Shown piece after piece: positions 11,304 to 21,764 of a DNA stretch of 64,000 bases (position 1 is its first letter; the number at the start of each line of letters is the position of its first letter). Position numbers and translations under genes: made by a program. Origin of the DNA: an uncultured Chloroflexia bacterium (lineage in GTDB: Bacteria > Chloroflexota > Dehalococcoidia > GIF9 > AB-539-J10); NCBI GenBank assembly GCA_963726175.1, contig CAVSBM010000012.1, forward strand, positions 13,004 to 77,003. The letters are read 5' to 3'. The notes under the pieces are model-generated. The model saw only the letters and a list, made by a program, of their open reading frames with translations. It was not told the DNA's origin and made no database searches.

Positions 11304-12500
11304 TCATCTGGTGATAGCCCTGTTAAAAACAGGTATGGCGATCACCGTGAATATCACACCGAAGCCAACCATCACCCAGACTTCGGTCATCATGCCCGAT
11401 ATGCCTGTGCCAAGCACAACGCATTTCCGCAGCGCTTCCACGGCGTAGGTCAGAGGAAGTGCTTTTGAAATCCACTGCATCACAACTGGCATCTGCTGGA
11501 CGGGGAAGAGTGCGCCGGAAAGAAAAAGCATCGGAAAGGTCAGGGTCATCATAATTGTCATGGCAGTTTCCTGCTGTGAAGCCAGCGCCGATATCATGAC
11601 GCCAATGCCAATAAAGGAAAAAACCGTCAGCAGCAGGAGCAGTGCAAGAAGGCCGTAGCTGCCGTGAACTACCACGCCAAAAAGCACCACAGTGAGAATC
11701 AATGCAAGTAGCGCCTGTAAAAGTCCGCGTACCACCTGTGCAAAGCTCTTACCCAGTATGATCGATAGCCGGCTGATGGGAGCCGATATGATGCCATCAA
11801 GTGTGCCCAGTTCCCGCTCTCTTGATATTGAGCCGGCCAATCCGGTCATCGCCGCAAACATAATCGTCATCGCCATAATGCCAGGGGCCACGAACTCGAA
11901 GTAGTTAGGTTTCCCAGCGACGATGCCTTCCGTCTGGACGGTGAACGGCACGACTAATTGCTGAGGGTTCGGAATATTTGGTAACAGCGCCGCCACACTC
12001 CGGGAAGCCAGCTGGTTTGCCATCGCCGACATAAGCCCATTAATTGTACCGGTAATGCCGGCTGATACCTGCGGGTTGGACTGGTCGGTTATAACTATCA
12101 CCGAAGCTTGTTCACCACCTGAGATTGTAGCCGTAAAATCAGAGGGGATAATGAGAGCACCACTAATTGTCTGGTATTTGATTTGCTCTACAGCGGTCCC
12201 CTTGCTGTGCAAATAGGTAATGGCAAACATTCGTTCATTCTGGCTCCGGCTCATCTGTTGCAGCGCCAATACTACTTGGTTACCCATTGATCCCTCATCA
12301 AGATTGACCACGCCCAAAGAGACGTTCTTCAAAACGTTCTGCGAGGGAAAGATGAAACCCACCATTAGCATCATGAAGATGGGCATAATAACAAATGAGA
12401 TAAGCATCATGCGGTCGCGGGCGAAAACCAGCAGGTCCTTTATTCCCAGACGAAGGCTGTGCATAATCAGACCTCTTAAATTCCCAAACATACTGGTCAT
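11304..12500 (-). CDS. ABC-2 type transporter permease
   Basis: 398 aa polytopic membrane protein directly downstream of the ABC ATPase. Confidence 0.8.
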   Translation of the reverse strand: MTSMFGNLRGLIMHSLRLGIKDLLVFARDRMMLISFVIMPIFMMLMVGFIFPSQNVLKNVSLGVVNLDEGSMGNQVVLALQQMSRSQNERMFAITYLHSKGTAVEQIKYQTISGALIIPSDFTATISGGEQASVIVITDQSNPQVSAGITGTINGLMSAMANQLASRSVAALLPNIPNPQQLVVPFTVQTEGIVAGKPNYFEFVAPGIMAMTIMFAAMTGLAGSISRERELGTLDGIISAPISRLSIILGKSFAQVVRGLLQALLALILTVVLFGVVVHGSYGLLALLLLLTVFSFIGIGVMISALASQQETAMTIMMTLTFPMLFLSGALFPVQQMPVVMQWISKALPLTYAVEALRKCVVLGTGISGMMTEVWVMVGFGVIFTVIAIPVFNRAITR

Positions 12501-12506
12501 CCTTTC

Positions 12507-13511
12507 TTACCTTACCCTGGAGGCTCCGCGCCAACGGTGTCCCCCGCCTGAGGGAACGCTTGCAGCTACCTTATCTCTGATCTCTCGCCCGGTGACATGG
12601 AGAAAGACGTCTTCCATAGTCGGTAGTACAGTGTTGATGGTGCGGACACTTGCTCCCATAACATTGAGAGCACTCAGAATCGGGGCAATATTATCGGTGC
12701 CGCGTGTATGAATTCTGACGCGGTAGGTATCCGATTGTGTGACCGAGGCAATTGATTCCACATTCTTAAGCTGGGAGAGCATCGATTCACTGAAGTTCAC
12801 GATCTCCACATCTATCACAGTGGTATTATCAGCAGAGAGAAGCCTTTTCAGGTTTGTCGTCGTGTCGCAAACCCCTATTTTAGCTTGGTCAATAATGGCT
12901 ATCTGCTGGCACAGAGTTTCAGCCTCAACCATGTCGTGGGTAGTCAGCACAATGGTCATGCCCTCCTCCTTCAACTCCAGAATAAATTCATGTATTGCAT
13001 GCGTCGTCTGTGGGTCCAGACCGAGAGTAGGCTCATCGAGGAAGAGCACATCAGGATGGTGGAGCAGAGCACGGGCAACGTTAATTCTTTGCTTCATACC
13101 CGTTGAGAACGTGCCCACACGATGTTTACGCCATGCTTCCATATGAAGGCGGCCAAGCCACTTATCTATAGCCTGTTTGATTTGCTCTTCGGGTAAATTA
13201 TTCAACCTGCCGAAAAGACTGAGATTCTCCTCAGCAGTTAGCTGGTCATAAAGGATAATCTTTTCGGCGACTAGACCAATGTGCCGTCTGACCTTGTCCT
13301 GCTCGTTGACTATGTCAAAGCCAACCACCCGGGCACTGCCTTCACTGGGACGCAACAACGTACAGAGCATCCGTATTGCGGTTGATTTACCCGCCCCGTT
13401 AGGACCAAGGAATCCAAATACCATTCCCTTTCCAACTGTAAATGAGATGTGGTCTACAGCCGTGAAATCGCCAAAGCGCCTGGTCAACCCCTCAACTTCA
13501 ATCATGTTCAT
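12507..13511 (-). CDS. ABC transporter ATP-binding protein
   Basis: Walker A GPNGAGKST, signature LSGGMKQR-like (STGMKQR) and Walker B LFLDEPT. Confidence 0.85.
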   Translation of the reverse strand: MNMIEVEGLTRRFGDFTAVDHISFTVGKGMVFGFLGPNGAGKSTAIRMLCTLLRPSEGSARVVGFDIVNEQDKVRRHIGLVAEKIILYDQLTAEENLSLFGRLNNLPEEQIKQAIDKWLGRLHMEAWRKHRVGTFSTGMKQRINVARALLHHPDVLFLDEPTLGLDPQTTHAIHEFILELKEEGMTIVLTTHDMVEAETLCQQIAIIDQAKIGVCDTTTNLKRLLSADNTTVIDVEIVNFSESMLSQLKNVESIASVTQSDTYRVRIHTRGTDNIAPILSALNVMGASVRTINTVLPTMEDVFLHVTGREIRDKVAASVPSGGGHRWRGASRVR

Positions 13512-13959
13512 TTTTGATTTGTCCTTTATAAGAGTCCGCTGCCCTGATAAATGCCGAAAGCCCCTGAGCGAGGGCAGAAAGCTCCTTTAGACTGAGAAGG
13601 GACAGAATCTGGGTCATGTGTTTGATTCCAACCTCTTTGAGGTTAGACACAAGAGCTTTTCCTCTGTCTGTTGCCTGCAGTGTCATCTCCCGGCGGTCTT
13701 CTGGATTCTGTGTTCGGCTGACCAGTCCCTGTTCTACCAGGCGGTCAACAATGCCTGTTACATTGGAGGGTGTCACTGCCAGAGCCCCTGCCAGTTTCCT
13801 GAAATTGGTGCTCCCCTTGTTGGCAATTAAGAACAGACTCCTGAGCTGTGTTAGGGTAAGTCCCGAATCAATCCAGATAATCTGGGCATGCTGCCCTATA
13901 ATGCGGCCGACCTGCCGCTCCAACTCAACTATTTCCTGAATCAATTGTGACTTGCCCAT
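13498..13959 (-). CDS. MarR family transcriptional regulator
   Basis: 153 aa protein with a winged-helix region (LTLTQLRSLFLIANKGSTNFRKLAGALAVTPSNVTGIVDRLVEQGLV). It is the first gene of the exporter operon. Confidence 0.8.
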   Translation of the reverse strand: MGKSQLIQEIVELERQVGRIIGQHAQIIWIDSGLTLTQLRSLFLIANKGSTNFRKLAGALAVTPSNVTGIVDRLVEQGLVSRTQNPEDRREMTLQATDRGKALVSNLKEVGIKHMTQILSLLSLKELSALAQGLSAFIRAADSYKGQIKNEHD

Positions 13960-14004
13960 ACTCAGCCTCCCAGTTCTTTGGAGAGTATATTATTAAACAT
14001 TTGG

Positions 14005-14035
14005 TTAACTATAAACCTATTGTTGATAGTTTAAT
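14005..14035. promoter_or_regulatory. Candidate MarR operator: AACTAT-N14-ATAGTT inverted repeat with inner CTAT-N5-ATAG
   Basis: Seen directly in the divergent promoter region 45-75 bp upstream of the marR start. Confidence 0.3.
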
Positions 14036-14301
14036 ACATATTAACTATTTTTGTCAAGTCCCTCGGAAAAATAACGGTGCGGAAGAAACCCGCTGCAAAT
14101 TGTGACAATTTGTGACCAACAATGTCACCATTTCCTGCATAGGTGACATTTACACAGAGCATCTGAGCCTGACAAAACGATAGACCATTAGCACATATAC
14201 AACACAGTTGACTGCTCCACGCTCAGATGCTAGCATTTGTGTGTATGCGTGCCTTCTGCCATGATTCAAGCGACAGGCAACGGCATGAAAGGAGGATATC
14301 C

Positions 14302-15123
14302 ATGAAAACACTGAGCCTCAAAAATCTGGCTCATCTGCTGCTCGTGCTGATCATCGCCGTTTTGACCGTCGCCGGATGCAGCGCATCACAGGCGCCAACT
14401 ATTCCCCCGGAAGAGACTTTTGTCATCCCCTTTGAAGACTTCGAGCAGACGAACGCTTTCATATCTCTTGAAACAGGCAATCAATCCAACTGGAACTGTG
14501 CGGCACTCGCCGTGGGCATCTGGAGTACGATTATCAGAGTCGGACTTGCGGTGCCGGTAGCAGCATTTCGAGCGTCTTTTGAGCATGCTCCGGTGCAGCA
14601 GGACGATGGCTCATGGCTCTGGTCATATTCGGTAAACATTGGCAACGCCACGTATACCGCAGAGCTGCACGCACAGTATATCACTGAGGGAGTCCGCTGG
14701 GCGATGAACATATCGAAAGAGGGCGAGTATGAGAACTTCATGTGGTACTACGGCGAATGCGACTTCCCGGCAACCGAAGGCTTCTGGATTCTCAAGAAGA
14801 GCCCGAGCCGACACAACCGACTCGGTGCGAATAGACTGGTCGCGCAATATCTCCGCAGGCACACACGCTGCCAGATACACAAACATAGTCCCTGGTGCTC
14901 CGGAGAACGGGGGCTATATAGACACCCAGTACACTAAAGGCACTCCTTACGACCATATCTGGGACCTGTACAATAGGGCCCAGGACAACCACACATATAT
15001 TGAGTGGAGCAGCACTACTAAAGAAGGGCGTGTCAAGAATTCCAGATCACTTCGGCGATGACAACTGGCACTGCTGGGACAGCGCCCGAATTAACGTTGC
15101 CTGCCCCTGACAGCCCGCTGTAT
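14302..15123 (+). CDS. Lipoprotein of unknown function, interrupted by about 2 apparent frameshifts (near 14800 and 15040)
   Basis: AAAGGAGG RBS, then MKTLSLKNLAHLLLVLIIAVLTVAGC lipobox. The protein-like sequence continues in other frames (…DWSRNISAGTH… and …HFGDDNWHCWDSARINVACP*). Confidence 0.45.
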
Positions 15124-15312
15124 TTCCGCCGAATAGTGTCCCTAGAATTCCATTTTAGGGACATCGTGTTAATCAAGTCTGCTGCAAATCAGTTATTATC
15201 TCCCGAGCTACTGCTCGTCTTTTCCATGCCTCACCGGGGCAAGACATTTTTCTCGGGCAAGAGTATAATCTGAGGTCGAATTGATTCCCATCTAAAGTGA
15301 AAGGAGCCTCCC

Positions 15313-16393
15313 ATGTCTAGCGTTTATGAGAAACTTCGTGAGAGATTGGATATGTTCCCCCAGGGATTCCCTAAAACCGAAAGCGGCGTGGAGCTGGAGA
15401 TACTACAGCATCTGTTTGCTCCTAATGAGGCCGAGATAATGTTGCACCTGCGACCCTTTCCAGAAAAAGTAGCGGATATAGCAGAGAGGGCAGGTAAGGA
15501 TAAAACTGAACTGGGAGAAACCCTGTACGATATGTCGAAAAGAGGATTAATACTGCGTTATAGAGCACCCGATGACGAACTGTATTACTTCCTGATACCC
15601 TGGGTAGTCGGAATCTGGGAGTTCCAGTTGAACAACTTGACCCAGGAAAACATCAAACTCTACGAAAAGTACTTCGAGGAGGGGATGGTACCTTCACAGC
15701 GAAATCGAAAACTGGGGGGACTTCGCGTTATCCCTATTGAGAAAGAGATAGAAGGGAGCACCGAGATCCAGCCGTACGAAAAGGTGTCACAGATTATCGA
15801 ATCACATACCAAATTCGCCGTTGCCGACTGCATTTGCCGCAAAGAAGCCAGAATGGTTGGAAAAGGGTGTGACAAGCTACTGGAGGCTTGCATGAGTTTT
15901 GGCCCAGCGGCGGATTTCTACATTGAAAATGGACTCGGCCGGGAAATCTCAAAGGAGGAAGCCAAGAAAATACTGGCGAAAGCCGAGGAAGACGGCCTCA
16001 TTCACTGCTCCACAAACAGTGCGGGCAACAAGACATTCATATGCAACTGCTGTGGCTGCTGTTGCAAGTCCCTAGCAAACGTCACAAAATACGGTAATCT
16101 GCAGGCCGTAGTAAGATCAAACTACTATGCCGCGAAAGACGCAGGAGACCTGTACCGACTGCGGTACCTGCGTGGAGCGATGCCAGGTAAATGCCATTCG
16201 AAGTGAAGATGACCATACCATCATCGATAAGGAAAGGTGCATTGGCTGTGGGCTCTGTGCATCTACCTGTCCCACATGGTCAATTACTATGGTTCGCAAA
16301 TCGCCTCAAGAAGCCTCTCCCATTTTCTCGGGCGGTAAAGCATTGTTGCAGGCAATGGGAAAGGAAACGGGCAAGGTATATCCCTTCGAATAG
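15313..16393 (+). CDS. Cysteine-rich Fe-S protein with C-terminal 2x[4Fe-4S] ferredoxin domain, frameshifted near 16115-16130
   Basis: ORF1 carries DCICRKEA...CNCCGCCC. ORF2 carries CTDCGTCVERC and CIGCGLCASTCP. The two overlapping ORFs are in different frames. Confidence 0.55.
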
Positions 16394-16650
16394 GATTAGA
16401 GACTTGCTGTAAATCACGTAGTATGTTCTCAGAATACTGCGGTATCTAGCGGGGAAGGCTATTAAGCAAAAGATAGCGCTGAAGACGGTATATAATCCGT
16501 TAAGAAAAACGCAGCTGCGCCTGCAATCGGAGAGAAATAGAGTAAACTGGCAGGCGCGATTATCTCAGATGAAGTCCTTTTGCCAATGTTGAGAGTAATC
16601 TCTCTAAATAGTTAGATCTTGATAGACGTTTGCTCGGGCTTGTTCCTTGC

Positions 16651-16857
16651 CTACTCTTCGAGAATAAAGGTTACCTTCATCTGAACGCGGTATTCTGATA
16701 TCTTGCCTTTCTTGTCGACCAGTACCTCTTGATTCCAGATCCATGCCCCTCTAACGTTTTTCAGGGTCTTACCAGCACGGGCAATTCCTTTCTTGATCGC
16801 ATCATCAAAGCTAACTCGAGAGGACGATTTGATTTCAGTCACTCTTGCAATAGACAT
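16651..16857 (-). CDS. Dodecin (flavin-binding) family protein
   Basis: 68 aa protein MSIARVTEIKSSS...FDDAIKKGIARAGKTLKNVRGAWIWNQEV...VQMKVTFILEE matches the dodecin fold signature. AAGGAGG lies 5 nt upstream of the ATG at 16857. Confidence 0.7.
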   Translation of the reverse strand: MSIARVTEIKSSSRVSFDDAIKKGIARAGKTLKNVRGAWIWNQEVLVDKKGKISEYRVQMKVTFILEE

Positions 16858-17045
16858 TGGCACCTCCTTATGATTCCAAATTTGGCTACGTTTTCATATC
16901 GTACTTTGAGAAAACCGCCAAGAATGATTATAGCACTTTGACATATTATTTTGCCAAGATGAGACAGCTGGCGTTGATGCTATAAGGCCAACAATCCAAT
17001 GAAACGTGTTTGACAGCCAATCTGGCGTTGCAGGGGTCTCTAGCA

Positions 17046-17597
17046 TTACCGAGCGGTTTTTCCACCAGGTTTTAACCACGCGCTTGTCTTTACCCACTGG
17101 CTCAAGGCCTGGTTGGCCTTCTCCACAAATGATTCATCATCTGCGGGGGTGATCGCGATGCTCATTCCCTTTCTTATCACTATCTCTACATAACTCCTGG
17201 TTATCTTCGTGGCAAAATTGACAGTGAAAGCCAACCTGCTTGTGATTCTTATTGCCTCTATGTTCTGAAATCCAACTTTGACTGAGAATGGTCCACCCAG
17301 CACTATGCGTAAATGATTTTCGTACACCTGATATTCGCGAGGTAATACAAACCAGAGTATCAGTCCAATTATGAAAGCCTCAATTAGCAAGGTTATACTA
17401 GCGAAAGTGTCACCCGTGGACCATAAATAGATGCTCGACGCCAGTAATATCGCAGGTATTACCAGAACAAGCTTCATAAGAAGCCCATATTTAGGCTTGT
17501 CTTGATAGAGCAAAACGCTTTGCGAATAGTCCATGCGAACGGATTGTAACACGCCGACAGATCCTCTCTTTATTCGGACGTACCGGACATTTTCCAA
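17046..17597 (-). CDS. Membrane protein with bacterial PH (bPH_2/YdbS-like) domain
   Basis: Two TM helices are followed by a PH-like domain. The true start may be the internal Met (MDYSQSV). Confidence 0.5.
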   Translation of the reverse strand: MENVRYVRIKRGSVGVLQSVRMDYSQSVLLYQDKPKYGLLMKLVLVIPAILLASSIYLWSTGDTFASITLLIEAFIIGLILWFVLPREYQVYENHLRIVLGGPFSVKVGFQNIEAIRITSRLAFTVNFATKITRSYVEIVIRKGMSIAITPADDESFVEKANQALSQWVKTSAWLKPGGKTAR

Positions 17598-17679
17598 CTC
17601 ATCCTATTGCCCGATGGCGACTATCTCACTATAATATTCAGGTAAAACTGGACTATGTTGTATACATTTACTACACAAA

Positions 17680-18438
17680 GTGCGGGTAATTAATATGCGA
17701 AAGCGTTTCCCATTTGTTGTCTACTTGGCTATTGCATTTGTGGCGCTTTCCGCAATTCTATATTTCATTCATTACCTCATTTTTCGTGATATTCACCATA
17801 TATTTATCTATTTGGTCGGTGATCTTGCCTTTCTGCCGCTCGAGGTCCTATTAGTGGTGGTTATCATCGAGCGCCTCCTGGCCCGCCGAGAAATGCAAGC
17901 TAAACTGGAGAAACTCAATATGGTGGTGGGAGCTTTTTTCAGCGAACTGGGCAACCATCTTCTTCAAGACCTCCTCAAACATTTCGATAACCGCCTGGAG
18001 ATTTCGCGGCACCTGAACATTACAGAGAGCTGGACAAAGAAAGATTTCCAAAAAGCTGTCGCCTTTGCGAACCACCTCAAAATTGAAGTTGACTGCCGAA
18101 ATATAGACCTCGGCGAGCTCAAAGCCTTCCTGGCGCAGAAGCGAGAGTTCTTACTGACGCTGCTCGAGAATCCCAGCTTGCTGGAGCATGACCGTTTTAC
18201 CGACCTGCTCTGGGCAGTCACCCACCTGGATGAAGAGCTTGAGGCAAGACCTTCGCTCATCAATCTTCCTGATAGGGACCTGGAGCACATCGCCGGTGAT
18301 ATCCAGAGATTATATGACCACCTAGCCAGTGAATGGCTAGACTATGTTCAGCACTTGAAATCGAAGTATCCCTTCCTTTTTTCGCTGGTCCTCAGAACGC
18401 ATCCGTTCCAAGAACATCAGTCCCCCATCATAACCTGA
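17680..18438 (+). CDS. Hypothetical membrane-anchored protein
   Basis: N-terminal TM helices and then a roughly 170 aa soluble helical region. No family was recognised. Confidence 0.45.
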   Translation: MRVINMRKRFPFVVYLAIAFVALSAILYFIHYLIFRDIHHIFIYLVGDLAFLPLEVLLVVVIIERLLARREMQAKLEKLNMVVGAFFSELGNHLLQDLLKHFDNRLEISRHLNITESWTKKDFQKAVAFANHLKIEVDCRNIDLGELKAFLAQKREFLLTLLENPSLLEHDRFTDLLWAVTHLDEELEARPSLINLPDRDLEHIAGDIQRLYDHLASEWLDYVQHLKSKYPFLFSLVLRTHPFQEHQSPIIT

Positions 18439-18616
18439 TAGAGCCAGAGGGTGTCATCTTCAAGAGCGACGATTCAAAGCAGGCCTGAAATGGTTCATCG
18501 AATGTCTGGCTACCCAGGTGGTTCGGCGAAGTTAAGCGAGCAATTTGGTTTTTCGTTGAATCAACGTTGCTCGATTCCATACAAGACACAAGGAGATACT
18601 CCGCAATACGAAGCGG

Positions 18617-19120
18617 CTATTGCTCGACAGCCTCTTCTTTTGGCGGGTATTTGGCCAGAAATTGATCCAATGTTGCCTCATCAGCACTTGTCACTCTGGC
18701 AATCACGGAAGGTTTGGGAAGCAGCCATTCGCTCCTACTTTCCGCCACCAGAGTGCCATCAGCCGTATGAATTGTAGACTGCTGAACGGCATTTCTGTCA
18801 TCCCGGCTGATGATTTGAGACTCCACAGTGATTTCCGTGTTTGTGCTCACAGCCTTCAAGTACCGAATCGATATGTTGCGGGTCATTCCGAACCGACCCA
18901 GACGGGCGATGTTTGTCCATTGAGCCACTTCGTCAAGAAGCAGAGCAAGGATGCCCCCGTGGACTATCCCGTCTATCCCACATAGGTAGTCAGGAATGAT
19001 GCACTTGGTGAAACAACCATGTTCCGAATACCAGAAACGGAGATGCAAACCATGCGGATTAGTTGTTGAACAGCCAAAGCAACGACCGGGCCAGTAGTTT
19101 GGGACTTCGCGTTCGCTCAC
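18617..19120 (-). CDS. PaaI/4HBT-family hotdog thioesterase with N-terminal CxxC zinc-finger
   Basis: CFGCSTTNPHGLHL, then the DGIVHGGILALLLDEVAQW hotdog motif. Confidence 0.7.
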   Translation of the reverse strand: MSEREVPNYWPGRCFGCSTTNPHGLHLRFWYSEHGCFTKCIIPDYLCGIDGIVHGGILALLLDEVAQWTNIARLGRFGMTRNISIRYLKAVSTNTEITVESQIISRDDRNAVQQSTIHTADGTLVAESRSEWLLPKPSVIARVTSADEATLDQFLAKYPPKEEAVEQ

Positions 19121-19273
19121 TAATATCTACCTTCCATCAAGAATGCTCTGCCGGCGAGCCAAAGTCTATGACCGCTAGGCAGGAATGTCAACCACTGCGG
19201 GATTCCACAATGTCTATACAAGCCAGGTTAAGACGCATCGGCGAGATATTCCTGCAGTGCCGTCACGCCAGGG

Positions 19274-20341
19274 CTATTTTCGAGCCCGGTGGAGCCTGCG
19301 ACAGACCGTTTCGATGCGTGTCAGTGCTTCGTCAATATCTGAGGATGACACCATGCGGTGAGTGACCGCACGGAACGGACGGCCGTCACGTAAGCCTATC
19401 TTCACTCCTGCCTTCTCAAGGCCTTCCGTAAACTCGACGACAGACAACTCGGGGGAAAGATGGAACATCACGATGTTTGTAGCTATTTCATCCTGTGCCA
19501 GACTCATCCCCTTGATGCCTGCCAGCCCATCTGCCAGACGTCTCGCATTGGCGTGGTCTTCAGCCAGGCGGTCTACCATTGTTTCCAGTGCCACGATACC
19601 CGCAGCTGCGATAACCCCCGCCTGCCGCATGCCCCCGCCCAGCATCTTGCGAAATTTGCGGGCTCGTTCCACAAAATCCTTGCTCCCGCACAGCAGCGAT
19701 CCCACCGGTGCACTCAGTCCTTTCGAAAGGCATAGTGCTACTGAATCCGAATTCTGAGCCAGCGCGCACGCCGGCACGCCAAGGGCAACTGCGGCATTAA
19801 AAATGCGAGCGCCGTCCAGATGTACCTTTAGCCCGCGTGTGTGGGCTAGATTACAGACTTCGTTTGTGTAGTCTATGGTCAGGACTGCTCCGCCGCAGCG
19901 ATTATGTGTGTTCTCCAGACAGAGGAGCGTGGTCTCAGGGTAGTGTATATCCTTGCTCCGGATTGCCCGGTCAATATCATCCGGATTGAGACGGCCGCAG
20001 CTATCGGTAGGCACGGTGTGCATAATTACGCCGCCCAGGACTGAAGCACCACCTACTTCGTACCAGAAGACGTGTGCCTCATCTCCCAGGATGATTTCGT
20101 CGCCATGTTTGGTATGAGTAAGCACGGCAACAAGATTGCTCTGGGTGCCGGAGGTGGTGAACAGCGCGGCCTCCTTGCCCATCATCCTCGCCGCCATTGC
20201 CTCAAGCCGATTAACCGTGGGGTCTTCGCCATAAACATCGTCACCTACTTCCGCTTCAAACATCGCCTTGCGCATCTCAGGCGTGGGATGAGTCACAGTG
20301 TCGCTACGCAAATCAATTACTTTCATCTCTCGTTGCCTCAT
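19274..20341 (-). CDS. ltaE: Low-specificity L-threonine aldolase
   Basis: IDLRSDTVT N-terminal motif and a PLP-fold body (TSGTQSNL, ENTHNRCGG). Confidence 0.8.
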   Translation of the reverse strand: MRQREMKVIDLRSDTVTHPTPEMRKAMFEAEVGDDVYGEDPTVNRLEAMAARMMGKEAALFTTSGTQSNLVAVLTHTKHGDEIILGDEAHVFWYEVGGASVLGGVIMHTVPTDSCGRLNPDDIDRAIRSKDIHYPETTLLCLENTHNRCGGAVLTIDYTNEVCNLAHTRGLKVHLDGARIFNAAVALGVPACALAQNSDSVALCLSKGLSAPVGSLLCGSKDFVERARKFRKMLGGGMRQAGVIAAAGIVALETMVDRLAEDHANARRLADGLAGIKGMSLAQDEIATNIVMFHLSPELSVVEFTEGLEKAGVKIGLRDGRPFRAVTHRMVSSSDIDEALTRIETVCRRLHRARK

Positions 20342-21301
20342 GTTCCCACCAGATCAATTGACGGATAACCACCCCTTTGTTGGGCCTTCTCAAACAAGAG
20401 CTTAGCCACAGCTATGTCCTCGACGGCAATTCCAGTCGAATCGAATACGGTGATAGCCTTGTTATCTGTTCTCCCTTTCTTCTTGCCCACAACTACCTCA
20501 GGCAGCGTTCCATAGATTTCACCAGTACTGTAGGTGCCTTTTTGAATAGGGACGTTAATCTCCCCGCTGCTGCTTGCCTGTTTCAAGTCATCCACAACGA
20601 CAATTGCTTCCTTCAATATGAAGGGCTCCAGTTCTTGCTTGCCTGGCGCATCAGCACCCACTGCATTTATGTGAGTCCCGGCGGCTATCCACGCTCTCTT
20701 GACAATAGGGCTGCGAGAAGGGGTCAAAGTACATACGATATCTGATGCCACAGCCTCTTGAATAGAACAATTTTTAATCGAAAACTGTGGGAAGGCAGTC
20801 ATTAACCTCTCCACTGCAGTTTTGGAAACATCAAAGGCATTTATCGAGATGGGGTTAAACAATTCGGCATGAGCCAGTATCTGCGTGTGAGCTTGAAAGC
20901 CGGCGCCGATAATTCCAATTGTACGCGCATTGCGTCGCGCCAGATACTTAGAGGCGATAGCCGCTGCTGCGCCGGTTCGGTAGGCCGTGATTTCAGTAGC
21001 GTCCATTATTGCCAGCGGATACCCTGTTTCCGGGTCACTGTAGATAAGGATAGCCATAACCGAAGGTAGACCACGAGATGGGATTTTGAGGGTGTACGTT
21101 TACCCATTTCACGCCTGCACACCCCGGCAAGGCAGCAGGCATTGCCCTGAAATCACCTTGTTCAACGGCCAAGTATACTTTGGGCGGCATCTTTCCCTTG
21201 CCTTCGCCGCACATCCTGAAAGCCTCTTCCACCACATTGATAACATCCGACATCCTAATCAGGGTTTTGATGGCGTTTCTATCTAATAAGAGTGTAGGCA
21301 T
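20338..21301 (-). CDS. Ornithine cyclodeaminase/mu-crystallin family protein, frameshifted near 21035-21060
   Basis: IGIIGAGFQA Rossmann motif. The N-terminal 88 aa piece is in a different frame. Confidence 0.6.
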
Positions 21302-21415
21302 AAGCCAGTAAATCCGATAGCCGCTATGAAAAATTTCCTATTGAATTTACTCCATTTTAACGAGCAAGGTCAAGGCACAAATCAATTCCTATGTGTCCGT
21401 GATCTATGATTTTGA

Positions 21416-21640
21416 TGGGCGCTGGAAGCGCTAAGGCATAAATCAAATTCCGCTCTGGATAATCTGGCTCACAAAACGCCGAAGGGCAAAGAGCTAAGAT
21501 TCAAAGCATTCCTGAAATGGCTTATAGAATATTACTCGAACCGTCCACATCAATCCCTTGGCTATCTTGCTGCCGGAGGTCACATTGAAAAGAACTCTCT
21601 GAAATATGTTCGCCGGTGCTCTCATATGGTCAGCCACCGC
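21416..21640 (+). mobile_element. Remnant of an rve-family (IS481/IS3-like) transposase C-terminus with no start codon
   Basis: An open frame with no ATG encodes ...RFKAFLKWLIEYYSNRPHQSLGY..., the conserved integrase-core C-terminal motif. Confidence 0.4.
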
Positions 21641-21764
21641 ACGGACCTGAGTGAAAGTGCTACAATAGCCTCAGTTCATTCTCCAGCAAAGTCATATGAA
21701 CAAAGACGTCTGCTCATTGTTCTCGCAGTATTCGCCAGCCGCCAGATAGTGGAGAAGTACTCTC

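Noticed and set aside
12220-13146. Plus-strand ORFs 12220..12711 and 12739..13146
   Set aside because: They are antisense to the ABC permease and ATPase genes, which have strong motif support.
16418-16442. LexA-box-like site TGTTCTCAGAATAC
   Set aside because: The second half-site is AATAC, not GAACA. It is only an AGTAT/ATACT 5 bp inverted repeat and is not adjacent to a DNA-repair gene.
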